The notes: generated by a model from the letters alone, not told the origin. A DNA stretch of 32,000 bases from Desulfobacterales bacterium (GCA_963675725.2 CAXXXZ010000003.1:487626-519625); one strand, 5' to 3'; positions 17,651-26,230 are shown, counted from the first letter of the stretch. Program-made: numbers and translations.

Positions 17651-19180
17651 ATGACTTCAGGGACCTTTATAGAGAAAATTGCGGCAACTGCCAAGCACCA
17701 GGGCAATAAAAAAGCGATTACCTTTTTGCGAAACGGCGAAACGGAAACCACCCTGACCTATGCCCAGCTCATTGCGGACATTGATCAAATGGCCAGTTTT
17801 CTCCACGACCTTGGGATCCAAAAAGGAGATCGGGTTATTCTGCTTGTGCCAAAAGCGATCATCTGCGTCATCGCCCACTTTGCCATTCTACGACTGGGGG
17901 CGATATCGGTCCCGCTGAACCCGGGATTTAAAGAAACCGAATTGGCCTATCTGCTGAAGGATACCGAAGCGGCGCTTATCTTCACGACTCCCGGCAAATC
18001 CTCCGTGGTTCGAAACATCGACCCCACGATCAAGATACTTGAAATCACGGACCAGAAGCCCTATCAAAATCTCGATTTTTTTCGTTCAGCGCCCACCGCG
18101 GTCCATCCGGAGGTCGACATCGCCGCCAACGATCCGGCCCTCATCATATACACCTCCGGCACCACCGGGAACCCCAAGGGTGCGGTTCTCACCCAGGGAA
18201 ATTTGCGCCATGACGCCCGCAATGTGAGTGGCGTCTGGGAAATAACCACGGCGGATGTCCTTTGCCATGCCCTGCCCCTTTTCCATGTCCATGGCCTTTG
18301 TTTCGCTCTCCACACCCTGCTCCTGAGTGGTGCCAACCTCCGCATGACCGACCGGTTTTCCCCTGACATCATTTTAAAAGAATTATCTTCAACCGGTCGC
18401 AGCGCTTGCAACCTGTTTATGGCCGTTCCCGCCATGTACACCAAGTTGATCAACGCCCTTGGAAACGCCTCTCCGCCTTTCGATGGCGTTCGGCTGCTAA
18501 CGTCCGGTTCTGCCCCGCTTCTTGAAAAGGATTTTGAAGGAATTCGTGAAAAATTTGGCCTCGAACCGGTTGAACGTGAGGGAATGTCAGAGACCGGAAT
18601 GAACTTTTCCAATCCCTTGCACGGCATTCGAAAACCCGGCTCCATCGGTCTGCCGCTTCCGGGTGTAGTGGTTCGAATCGTGGCCCCCGACACGCGAAGG
18701 GATGTAAAAGAAGGCGAAATCGGGGAATTATGGCTGAAAAGTGCTTCCATTACCCCGGGCTACTGGCGGAAACCCGCCGAAACCGAGGCCACTTTCCTAG
18801 ACGGATGGTTCAGAACGGGGGACCTTGGAAAAGTCGACAAAGACGGCTACTACTACCTGACCGATCGCATCAAGCACATTATCATCACCGGTGGGGAAAA
18901 TGTTTCGGCCAAAGAGGTGGAAACCACTATCAACGAAATCGATGGGGTACGCGAATCCTCGGTGGTGGGGATCCCGGACGATCAGTGGGGAGAAAAGGTG
19001 GCCGCAGCCATCGCCCCTGAAACCGGTGCCCCCCTGACTGCCATGCAAGTCAAGACCTTCTGCAGGCAACGGCTTCACGATTGGAAATGCCCGAAGGAAG
19101 TCATCTTCGTCGATGAAATTCCGAAAAACGCCATGGGCAAAACACTCAAAGAGGCCGTGAAAGCATTTTTCCAGGTATAA
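17651..19180 (+). CDS. AMP-forming acyl-CoA synthetase / ligase
   Basis: AMP-binding signature IIYTSGTTGNPKGAV, then GMSETG, TGDLG and ITGGENVSAKEVE, with terminal lysine GK. The ORF opens at 17633; the ATG at 17651 avoids overlap with the divergent gene. The start is uncertain. Confidence 0.85.
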   Translation: MTSGTFIEKIAATAKHQGNKKAITFLRNGETETTLTYAQLIADIDQMASFLHDLGIQKGDRVILLVPKAIICVIAHFAILRLGAISVPLNPGFKETELAYLLKDTEAALIFTTPGKSSVVRNIDPTIKILEITDQKPYQNLDFFRSAPTAVHPEVDIAANDPALIIYTSGTTGNPKGAVLTQGNLRHDARNVSGVWEITTADVLCHALPLFHVHGLCFALHTLLLSGANLRMTDRFSPDIILKELSSTGRSACNLFMAVPAMYTKLINALGNASPPFDGVRLLTSGSAPLLEKDFEGIREKFGLEPVEREGMSETGMNFSNPLHGIRKPGSIGLPLPGVVVRIVAPDTRRDVKEGEIGELWLKSASITPGYWRKPAETEATFLDGWFRTGDLGKVDKDGYYYLTDRIKHIIITGGENVSAKEVETTINEIDGVRESSVVGIPDDQWGEKVAAAIAPETGAPLTAMQVKTFCRQRLHDWKCPKEVIFVDEIPKNAMGKTLKEAVKAFFQV

Positions 19181-19205
19181 GAGAAAAAAGGAGACCGACA
19201 TCTTT

Positions 19206-20216
19206 ATGGAGATCCCAGAAAAATTCAACGCCCTGGTCGTTCGGGAGACCGGTGATAACCATTTCGTTCGATCGATTGAGACCAAACGTATTCGAGATCT
19301 GCCCCCGGGAGATATTCTGGTAAAAGTGATGTATTCTTCTCTGAATTACAAAGACGCCCTTTCCGCATCCGGAAACCGTGGGGTTACCCGACGTTATCCC
19401 CACACGCCCGGCATCGATGCCGCCGGCATCGTTGCCCATAGCGAAGTCCCCGAATTTAAGCCGGGAGACAAGGTGATTGTCACCTCCTATGATTTAGGGA
19501 TGAACACGCCGGGAGGATTCGGGCAGTACATCCGTGTACCGGCCGAATGGGTTGTCTCCCAGCCGGAGGGGCTCACAGGTAGGGAAGCCATGTGCTACGG
19601 GACCGCCGGTTTTACAGCCGCCCTGTCGGTATGGCATTTGCTGCAAAACGGCATCACACCGGATAGGGGCGACATTCTCGTCTCAGGGGCAACCGGTGGT
19701 GTCGGGGGCATGGCCGTCGGCATCCTATCCTGCCTCGGATTCAGCGTCACCGCCATAAACGGTCGGGTGGACCGAACCGATTACCTAAAGGCCATTGGCG
19801 CCACAAAAATCATCAGTATCGCTGAGGCGATTGATACCAGCGACCGCCCCTTGTTGAAAAACAAATGGGCCGGCAGTGTCGATTCGGTGGGCGGCGATAT
19901 TCTGGCAACCACCCTCAAATCCGCAGGCGCCTATGCAACCGTAACTTGCTGTGGCAACATCGCCTCGCCAAACTTCGCCACGAATGTCTACCCGTTCATT
20001 CTCCGCGGGATAAAGCTGGTTGGCATTGACTCTCAAAACTGTCCCATGTCGCTACGGAAGAAAATTTGGCAAAAAATCGCTGATGGATGGCAGGTGGCCG
20101 GTCTTGACACCCTGATCCGTGAGGTGCCACTGCCAGAATTAGACAAGCACATTGAAATGATGCTTGAAAGAAAACACAAGGGCCGTATTGTGGTGAATAT
20201 GGCCGCAGAGAAGTAA
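19206..20216 (+). CDS. acuI: YhdH/YhfP (AcuI-like) NADPH-dependent quinone/acryloyl-CoA reductase, MDR superfamily
   Basis: 336 aa. VKVMYSSLNYKDALSASGNRGVTRRYPHTPGIDAAGIV and VSGATGGVGGMAV are hallmarks of the YhdH/AcuI subgroup. Confidence 0.75.
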   Translation: MEIPEKFNALVVRETGDNHFVRSIETKRIRDLPPGDILVKVMYSSLNYKDALSASGNRGVTRRYPHTPGIDAAGIVAHSEVPEFKPGDKVIVTSYDLGMNTPGGFGQYIRVPAEWVVSQPEGLTGREAMCYGTAGFTAALSVWHLLQNGITPDRGDILVSGATGGVGGMAVGILSCLGFSVTAINGRVDRTDYLKAIGATKIISIAEAIDTSDRPLLKNKWAGSVDSVGGDILATTLKSAGAYATVTCCGNIASPNFATNVYPFILRGIKLVGIDSQNCPMSLRKKIWQKIADGWQVAGLDTLIREVPLPELDKHIEMMLERKHKGRIVVNMAAEK

Positions 20217-20275
20217 AGCAGAACACGCTAAGATACTGGAAGCCCCCGGTGTTAGCCCCTGTAGTAATGACCCGT

Positions 20276-21709
20276 TTACAGATCAAAACCAAGCGCTTTA
20301 AAAATTGAGCAGGCGAGCTGTTTGGGGCCACATGATCGATCAAGGTAATACACGCCCATATTTTCAAAAAAAGTGCTTTGGGGCATCTCCTTGGTGGGAA
20401 GCATGTGAACTTTTGGAACATTTTTGAGGGCTCTATTCAATCTGATCAATCGACAAATGGTTGTGACATCCACCGTGCCCGTACTATCGTCCAACACAAT
20501 AACATCCGGATGTGACTTTCCGAGTTGATCAATGACCCCTTTTTCATCCCGGATCCAAGATAAATTAAACTCCAGCCATTCGAGCTGCTTGAAAAGGATT
20601 TTGTTTAGCCTTTTGCTCGGGTCCACAATGGCAACAGTCTTTCCGCTCCCCAAGCAGTGCTGCCAAAAAGAATTTTTAACTTCCTTTGCCAATCTTACCT
20701 TTTCAATCAATTCATTCAGCTTGCTGATGAGGTATTTTGGTTTGTAAGGCAAGTCAATAAAAACCATTACGCCTGTGCGTACTGTGGGCCTGCTGTTTTT
20801 TTGTCCCAACAAAATCAGCGGCAAGTTCTTTAAACGTGGATCCCTGGATAAGGATTTTAAGATTAACTTGGCACCCGAATAATTCATGTTAAGAATAATT
20901 GCTTCAGGAGGATGTTGTTTTAACTGTCTCAATGCGTCAAGGTGGCTGACGATTGAAAAATTATAGCAGGGAGATAGAAAAGCAAAAGAGCTTTCAGCGT
21001 TTGTTTCCACAACACAAACTTTGGACGCTATCAATTCATCATTTTTTCGTCCTTCATGAATGCGTTCCTTCTGGCTGCTCATGGTATAGGACAATACTTT
21101 TTTTTCTTCGTTCGGCGTCATCACATGAAAGGAAAAGCCGATACGCGAAACTCCCAAAAAAGAAAATATTCCACGGACAACAACGGACGCATCTATTTTA
21201 TCCAATTGGGGTATTTCGATGACCGAATCAAATTTATCTCCAATATTAAAATCAACATGTTTGTGTGGTATGAGAATCGAGACGCCCCCACAACTAATAT
21301 CAAAAACAGGCAATCGAATCATCATCTTATTTGGAAGTGGGAGCCGAAGAAACACCGGTGCCGCTTTTGGCGGCTGAATACGAAAAGCGCTTCGCCTTTC
21401 AAATTGGTGAATAATATAAGGTATTTCCAAAGATAGGCACTTATTATCATGTTCAAAGCGCCGGGTTTGAAAAACGCATGGTTTTCTTTTAAACGTATAT
21501 TGGCATTGCAGGATTGCTGATGAAATCAAGGTTTCGGGAAGGGGTGTGAAGGAGAGCATCGCGCTGCCATTCGGCTCAATAGATAAAAACCCTTTCTGTA
21601 GGTAAGCACCTTCTTTGGTATACAGCCGAACATTCTTTCTGGTTTCAGACAATCCTTGAAGATGTTGTTTTATCTCCTCCTGTTCCGTTATCTTAGCAAC
21701 AAGCTTCAT
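20276..21709 (-). CDS. PilZ-domain (c-di-GMP receptor type) protein with a YcgR-like N-domain and two C-terminal receiver-like domains
   Basis: 477 aa. PilZ motifs RRSAFR (RxxxR, aa 106-110) and DISCGG (DxSxxG, aa 137-142). From about aa 229-340 and 357-470 there are two CheY-like segments (VCVVETN...AIILNMN...KP and VAIVDPS...DVIVLDD...), aligned by eye. The gene is AT-richer than its neighbours. Confidence 0.7.
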   Translation of the reverse strand: MKLVAKITEQEEIKQHLQGLSETRKNVRLYTKEGAYLQKGFLSIEPNGSAMLSFTPLPETLISSAILQCQYTFKRKPCVFQTRRFEHDNKCLSLEIPYIIHQFERRSAFRIQPPKAAPVFLRLPLPNKMMIRLPVFDISCGGVSILIPHKHVDFNIGDKFDSVIEIPQLDKIDASVVVRGIFSFLGVSRIGFSFHVMTPNEEKKVLSYTMSSQKERIHEGRKNDELIASKVCVVETNAESSFAFLSPCYNFSIVSHLDALRQLKQHPPEAIILNMNYSGAKLILKSLSRDPRLKNLPLILLGQKNSRPTVRTGVMVFIDLPYKPKYLISKLNELIEKVRLAKEVKNSFWQHCLGSGKTVAIVDPSKRLNKILFKQLEWLEFNLSWIRDEKGVIDQLGKSHPDVIVLDDSTGTVDVTTICRLIRLNRALKNVPKVHMLPTKEMPQSTFFENMGVYYLDRSCGPKQLACSIFKALGFDL

Positions 21710-21779
21710 GAGAATGTTCCATGCATCCGGTTGACAAGCAATATAAATTTCAACAATCGATAGTGTGCAGAAGGAATAG

Positions 21780-22250
21780 TCAGCTGCTCTTAAAACTCAC
21801 CTGCATCGCAAATTCTCCTACCTCGGTTGTAAAGAAGATGTTGATGCAGGGAATGTTGGGTGGATGAAAAATGCGATGTCCGCGACCAAGAACAACACTT
21901 GGAATAGCACGGTCAATAATTGATTTGCCCCCCTTTGTCAACTCTGCGCTGGCGCTACCAGCTATAATGTTAACCATTTCTCCAACTGCATCGCATACAC
22001 TTTTATCAAACTGTGTAACTCTTTCTCCGATTAACCGGGATAAGATTTCGATCGCTATTTCTTTAGTAAAACTGAGTACGATGGTTCCTTGAGCTGATCC
22101 TGTGAGCCCTATGGAAGCGGAAACATCAAATGATGCTCTCAACTGATGTTCAGCAACCAATTCGGATTTTTTAAATTTTTTGATCCCAGCCATGACTCCC
22201 ATCATTTGCTGGGTTGCATTTATGAACGGATTAATGAAATCAACACGCAT
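21780..22250 (-). CDS. cheX: CheX/CheC-like chemotaxis phosphatase family protein
   Basis: 156 aa. N-terminal FINPFINATQQMMGVMAGI and later SASIGLTGSAQGTIVLSF ... VGEMVNIIAGSA match the CheX pattern. AGGA lies 9 nt upstream of the ATG. Confidence 0.75.
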   Translation of the reverse strand: MRVDFINPFINATQQMMGVMAGIKKFKKSELVAEHQLRASFDVSASIGLTGSAQGTIVLSFTKEIAIEILSRLIGERVTQFDKSVCDAVGEMVNIIAGSASAELTKGGKSIIDRAIPSVVLGRGHRIFHPPNIPCINIFFTTEVGEFAMQVSFKSS

Positions 22251-22317
22251 GTAAAAATCCTATGAGTGAATTGCTGGGGGGGGTGGGAATAAACGGCAAG
22301 TAGAGTATTATATACAT

Positions 22318-22707
22318 CTAATGCCTGTCAATATTATTTATAAAACTGTACCCTATTGTCCCCACATTAGAGTCGACACCAGGGTGCTGTTGGTGAAACG
22401 AACCAACATCCCCCTTGATATCAAGGTATTGGTGTGGACTCCTCCGGGTCGAAAGGTCAGCTGACAAAACCGTGACGGCCATAGTGGAAGTGACCCTCAA
22501 GCACCGCGAAAAATCGGGCAGAAACGTCACCTTCGCCGGGGTCAAGCAAAAGGAAACTACAGCGGTCCCGGTTCGGGAGCCCTGAATGCAGGGAAAAAAG
22601 CCAAGAGCCTTTACGATAAACTCAAAGACCCCCGGATCAATCTGGGCAGCTGACCTGTTCCAACAAATAAGCATCCTTCTGACATACGTCCGTATATGCT
22701 TTTTCAT
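22318..22707 (-). CDS. Hypothetical 129-aa ORF; coding status doubtful (see findings)
   Basis: An uninterrupted ORF starts 1 nt after the thioesterase stop. I recognise no family, there is no SD, it is rich in AGG/ATA/GGG codons, and it overlaps dense palindromes. The opposite strand also reads protein-like in shifted frames. Confidence 0.35.
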   Translation of the reverse strand: MKKHIRTYVRRMLICWNRSAAQIDPGVFEFIVKALGFFPCIQGSRTGTAVVSFCLTPAKVTFLPDFSRCLRVTSTMAVTVLSADLSTRRSPHQYLDIKGDVGSFHQQHPGVDSNVGTIGYSFINNIDRH

Positions 22708-22708
22708 C

Positions 22709-23143
22709 CTATTCTTTATTCAAAACAAAAAGCCTTGTAGATCCCTTTGCCACAATTTGTTCTTTTTCGTTTAATATCTTTCCTGACATATATACCAAGC
22801 TGCTACCTTTATTAACTATTTCTGCGATAACGCTTACCTTTTCATCAACGTATGCTCTACCGATAAAGTCTATATTCATACCGGTTGTAATCGCTGGGAC
22901 TTTTCCCCACGGGAGGTTAGCCAATATCCCAAGAACATCACATAACATTGCTGCTCTAACACCGCCATGAAGAATACCAAGCGGGTCTGTCATTTCCGGT
23001 CTTACCACAAATTCACATTCCATTCTGTTTTCATCAATGAAAATCAATTTGGGATTAAGCCAGTCTGTCACCGGGTTCATGATCTTGTTTTTAATTGACG
23101 ATAGATATTTTCCTTCAAACGCTTTTAGTTCAGATATTTCCAT
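22709..23143 (-). CDS. PaaI-family hotdog-fold thioesterase
   Basis: 144 aa. NPLGILHGGVRAAMLCDVLG and the overall length and pattern are typical of PaaI/YdiI-type thioesterases. Confidence 0.75.
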   Translation of the reverse strand: MEISELKAFEGKYLSSIKNKIMNPVTDWLNPKLIFIDENRMECEFVVRPEMTDPLGILHGGVRAAMLCDVLGILANLPWGKVPAITTGMNIDFIGRAYVDEKVSVIAEIVNKGSSLVYMSGKILNEKEQIVAKGSTRLFVLNKE

Positions 23144-23251
23144 AGTGATTACTACTGCCTTTACATAACAATTATGATTAAACGATAACCCCTCAGGGCT
23201 CTTGAGATAGCTTCTATTTAACCGCCATTTAATTCTCGTTTCAACACCGAA

Positions 23252-24679
23252 TCACGGATCGATCCCAAGGCCCGATTCCCTGCAGAATGCCAGCCGGGAA
23301 TCAGGCGCCGGAGCATCGATCCGTTTTAAAATTTGCCCAAACGCCGACCGAAGGGCCTCTTCCGGAACCGGGTGGTAAAACGGCATGGACAGGGCCTGAT
23401 CCGCGGTCAGGCCGGCCCCGATAGCCCATGACAGAAGATGGGCCATGTGCTCTCCGGCCGGTGCCATCAGTTCCGCCCCCAAGAGTCTGCCGTCCTTTTT
23501 ATCACCGTAGATCCGTGCAATTCCTGCCGCCTTCCCCAGGATCATCCTGGACCGGCCCAGATTTTCCCATGAAGCCTTTCCCGTCACAAAGGCAATCCCC
23601 CGGTCTGTCAGCTCTTTATGGGAATACCCGGCAATGGCAATATCTGGAGATGAAAAGGTGATGGCCAGCGGTGTTCGCTTTCGAAAGCAGGAAACGGTTT
23701 CAGCCGTGGCATTGTACCCTGCGATGATTCCGTCATCTGCTGCTTCGTGAAGAAGGGGTTTTACGCCGTTTACATCTCCCGCCAGAAATACCGGCAGATC
23801 CTTGATCTGAAGGGTACCGGGATCAAAAGGCGGCATGCCCCTGTCATCCAGTTCAACCCCAAGATTTTCCAGGCAAAGGCCGCTTATCAAGGGACGGCGT
23901 CCTGTCGCAAGCAGTATTCGGTCAACAAGCCATTCTCGGTTTTCGCACCCGACCATCACCCCGTTTTCCGACCGGCCGCGGATGTCGGCCGCGCCCAATT
24001 GGATGTTCATCTCCTTTGCAAAATATTCAAACGCATAATCCTGAAGATCAGGATCGGTCAGGCCGCCGGCAGTTTTACGGCGACTGAACGCAATGATGTC
24101 AACCCCTAAACGATGCAGCGCCTGACCCAGCTCAATGCCGATGGGCCCCAGGCCAAACACGGCCAGTTTCCCGGGAAGTTCATCCAGTTCAAAAAACTGA
24201 TCCGAATCAATAATGAAATCCTTGTAGGGCTGCCATTTTTCGGGGATAACCGGCCTTGAGCCTGTGGCAATGATAATGCTTTTGGCCCGAATTTTTTCGT
24301 CTCCCAGGTCCAGGGTTTGGGGATCGATGAATCTGGCCCGCTTTCGAATCAGTTTGTCCATGAAGGGTGACATTTCCTGGATAACACCATCGGCATACGA
24401 ATCCCTGAGCTTCCGTACCCGGGCCATAATGCGGGAGTAGTCCGGCTGCAGCCCCTCCGCCCCGGAAATACCGTATTCGTCAAAAAAGATGCGTTTGTGA
24501 AAATCATTTGCCACGGCAATCAGGTCCTTGGACGGCATGCATCCCACCCGGGCGCAGGTGGTCCCTAAAGGGCCGTCGTCAATTATCACATAGTTGTCGG
24601 TTTTGTGAACAATCTGTTCCTGGGCGGTTAAACCGGCAGTGCCGGCGCCGATAATGGCCACATCAACTTCTCGGGTCAT
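23252..24679 (-). CDS. Dihydrolipoyl-dehydrogenase-like FAD-dependent pyridine nucleotide-disulfide oxidoreductase
   Basis: VDVAIIGAGTAGLTA (FAD fold), redox-active GTTCARVGCMPSK (CxxxxC), a second Rossmann motif LAVFGLGPIGIELG, and a C-terminal dimerisation-type region with HP. I place the start at the ATG at 24679 (GAGGAG 6 nt upstream) rather than at 24766. Confidence 0.8.
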   Translation of the reverse strand: MTREVDVAIIGAGTAGLTAQEQIVHKTDNYVIIDDGPLGTTCARVGCMPSKDLIAVANDFHKRIFFDEYGISGAEGLQPDYSRIMARVRKLRDSYADGVIQEMSPFMDKLIRKRARFIDPQTLDLGDEKIRAKSIIIATGSRPVIPEKWQPYKDFIIDSDQFFELDELPGKLAVFGLGPIGIELGQALHRLGVDIIAFSRRKTAGGLTDPDLQDYAFEYFAKEMNIQLGAADIRGRSENGVMVGCENREWLVDRILLATGRRPLISGLCLENLGVELDDRGMPPFDPGTLQIKDLPVFLAGDVNGVKPLLHEAADDGIIAGYNATAETVSCFRKRTPLAITFSSPDIAIAGYSHKELTDRGIAFVTGKASWENLGRSRMILGKAAGIARIYGDKKDGRLLGAELMAPAGEHMAHLLSWAIGAGLTADQALSMPFYHPVPEEALRSAFGQILKRIDAPAPDSRLAFCRESGLGIDP

Positions 24680-25103
24680 GGAACTCTCCTCTGCAGGTTT
24701 TTCGATGGCTTCTATATTGAATGGATAAGAAAAAAAATTCAACGGATTGATCCAATTATTTTTCAATAGATATTAGCTATAGAGCTGTTTTGCATAATAG
24801 ATATAAAGTATTAGACATGCCATCAATTATCTGAAATGTATCGCTTTATTAGGCAAATAGCTGTTTTCGAGAATCAATCAAATCATCCAGAGGACATTGT
24901 AATGAGGGAAAAGATCTGTTTCGCAATTTTGATAGCACTATCTGTTTTTGTCGTAATCGGTTGTAGTGATTCCAGTCATTCCGGAACAAGCATGAAAACG
25001 CTGTTGACCTATATTGAAAATGGCGAAACAGCGGAAGTGCGGTGGTCCCCAAAAACTGGACAATGTGTTAAGCTCTGAGTCACTCACTTGAAAGGAGTAG
25101 ACC

Positions 25104-25385
25104 ATGAGCAAGAAACGGAAACAGTACAGCCCGGAATTTAAAGCCAAAGTGGCCCTTGCGGCCATCAAGAACGAGGAGACCACCGCGGAACTTGCGGCCA
25201 GATTTGAAGTTCACCCCACCATGATCAATAACTGGAAAAAGGCGCTTCTCGAAGGCGCTGCCGATTTGTTCGATAAAGGACAAAAAATCAAGAAGAACCA
25301 TGAATCCACTGTCGATGAGCTGTACAAAAAAATCGGACAACTGAAGGTGGAAAACGATTTTTTGTCCAAAGGGCTCGGTCTTTAG
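25104..25385 (+). CDS. IS3-family transposase OrfA (HTH plus leucine-zipper region)
   Basis: [52 protein letters not shown]...[11 protein letters not shown] is the typical IS3 OrfA pattern. GGAG lies upstream. Confidence 0.9.
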   Translation: MSKKRKQYSPEFKAKVALAAIKNEETTAELAARFEVHPTMINNWKKALLEGAADLFDKGQKIKKNHESTVDELYKKIGQLKVENDFLSKGLGL

Positions 25386-25405
25386 ATCCGAAACTGCGAA
25401 AAAAG

Positions 25406-26230
25406 ATGATTGATTCCAAGCAGCCAGGACTGAGCCTTAACCGTCAATGCAGCCTTCTGAATGTCAACAGATCATCGGTCTATTACAAGCCGCGGCCGAT
25501 ATCGTCGGACGACCTTGAGTTGATGAAATTGATCGATGACGAATATATGAAACGTCCGACAAGTGGTAGTCGGACTATTCGCGATTTCCTTGAAAGAAAA
25601 GGCCAAAGAGTGAATCGGAAACGGATTCAGCGTCTCATGCGACTGATGGGTCTTGAGGCAATTTATCCGAGACCAAAAACCAGCAGGCCGCATCCGGAAC
25701 ACCGTATTTACCCCTATCTGTTGAGGGGGCTTGATATCAATCGACCGAATATGGTCTGGTGCAGCGATATCACCTTCGTCCCCATGAGACGGGGGTTTAT
25801 GTATCTGGTGGCGGTGATGGATTGGCACAGCAGGAAAGCGCTGTCCTGGCGCCTCTCAAACACACTTGATTCTGATTTCTGCGTTGAAGCCATAGAGGAG
25901 GCGATCGAACGATACGGCCGCCCTGAGATATTCAATACTGATCAGGGCTGCCAGTTCACAAGCAAAGCTTTCACCAATGTATTGAAAACCAACGGCATCA
26001 AAATCAGCATGGATGGCCGGGGACGTTGTCTGGACAACATCTTTATCGAACGTCTCTGGTGGACCGTAAAATATCACTATCTCCACCTGCACTCATTTGA
26101 AAATGGCCTTGAAATGAGAAAAGGCTTGAGAAAGTGGTTCGAGTTTTATAATCGGGAACGCGGGCATCAATCGCTGAACAGACAGACTCCCGATGAATGC
26201 TATTTCAAAGAGCAAAGAATGGCAGCCTGA
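25406..26230 (+). CDS. IS3-family transposase OrfB (DDE integrase core); the -1 frame is open from 25319, and it is expected to be expressed as an OrfAB fusion
   Basis: LSLNRQCSLLNVNRSSVYY, and the DDE triad context WCSDITFV / IFNTDQGCQFTS / NIFIERLWWTVKY. The frame is -1 relative to orfA. Confidence 0.9.
   Translation: MIDSKQPGLSLNRQCSLLNVNRSSVYYKPRPISSDDLELMKLIDDEYMKRPTSGSRTIRDFLERKGQRVNRKRIQRLMRLMGLEAIYPRPKTSRPHPEHRIYPYLLRGLDINRPNMVWCSDITFVPMRRGFMYLVAVMDWHSRKALSWRLSNTLDSDFCVEAIEEAIERYGRPEIFNTDQGCQFTSKAFTNVLKTNGIKISMDGRGRCLDNIFIERLWWTVKYHYLHLHSFENGLEMRKGLRKWFEFYNRERGHQSLNRQTPDECYFKEQRMAA

Noticed and set aside
22307-22331. A minus-strand TTGACA (22331-22326) and TATAAT (22312-22307) pair upstream of cheX, which looked like a consensus promoter.
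   Set aside because: The spacer is only 13 nt, far from the 16-18 nt needed. Alternative -10 hexamers at proper spacing are poor. I did not list it as a feature.
22321-22653. Reading the plus-strand ORF through the in-frame TGA at 22462-22464 as a selenocysteine codon. The first and last pieces share one frame, and a CPH motif occurs near the N-terminus.
   Set aside because: The in-frame segment between the two TGAs (QNRDGHSGSDPQAPRKIGQKRHLRRGQAKGNYSGPGSG) looks far less protein-like than the +1 frame. I could not identify a SECIS-type hairpin at the proper distance after the UGA. There is no CxxU/UxxC-type redox motif.
22251-22708. A c-di-GMP (GEMM-type) riboswitch, tmRNA, RNase P RNA, SRP RNA or 6S RNA in the cheX upstream region.
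   Set aside because: None of the conserved cores I remember for these RNAs is present on either strand (for example GGAAAGTCC for RNase P, or the ACGCAAAGC / GNRA-receptor layout for GEMM-I).
24680-24901. The N-terminal extension of the flavoprotein (start at 24766) and the extension of the lipoprotein fragment (start at 24836).
   Set aside because: Internal ATGs at 24679 (GAGGAG SD, then the FAD-binding fold) and 24902 (GAGGA SD, then the signal peptide) are much better supported. The extensions lie in AT-rich promoter-like DNA.
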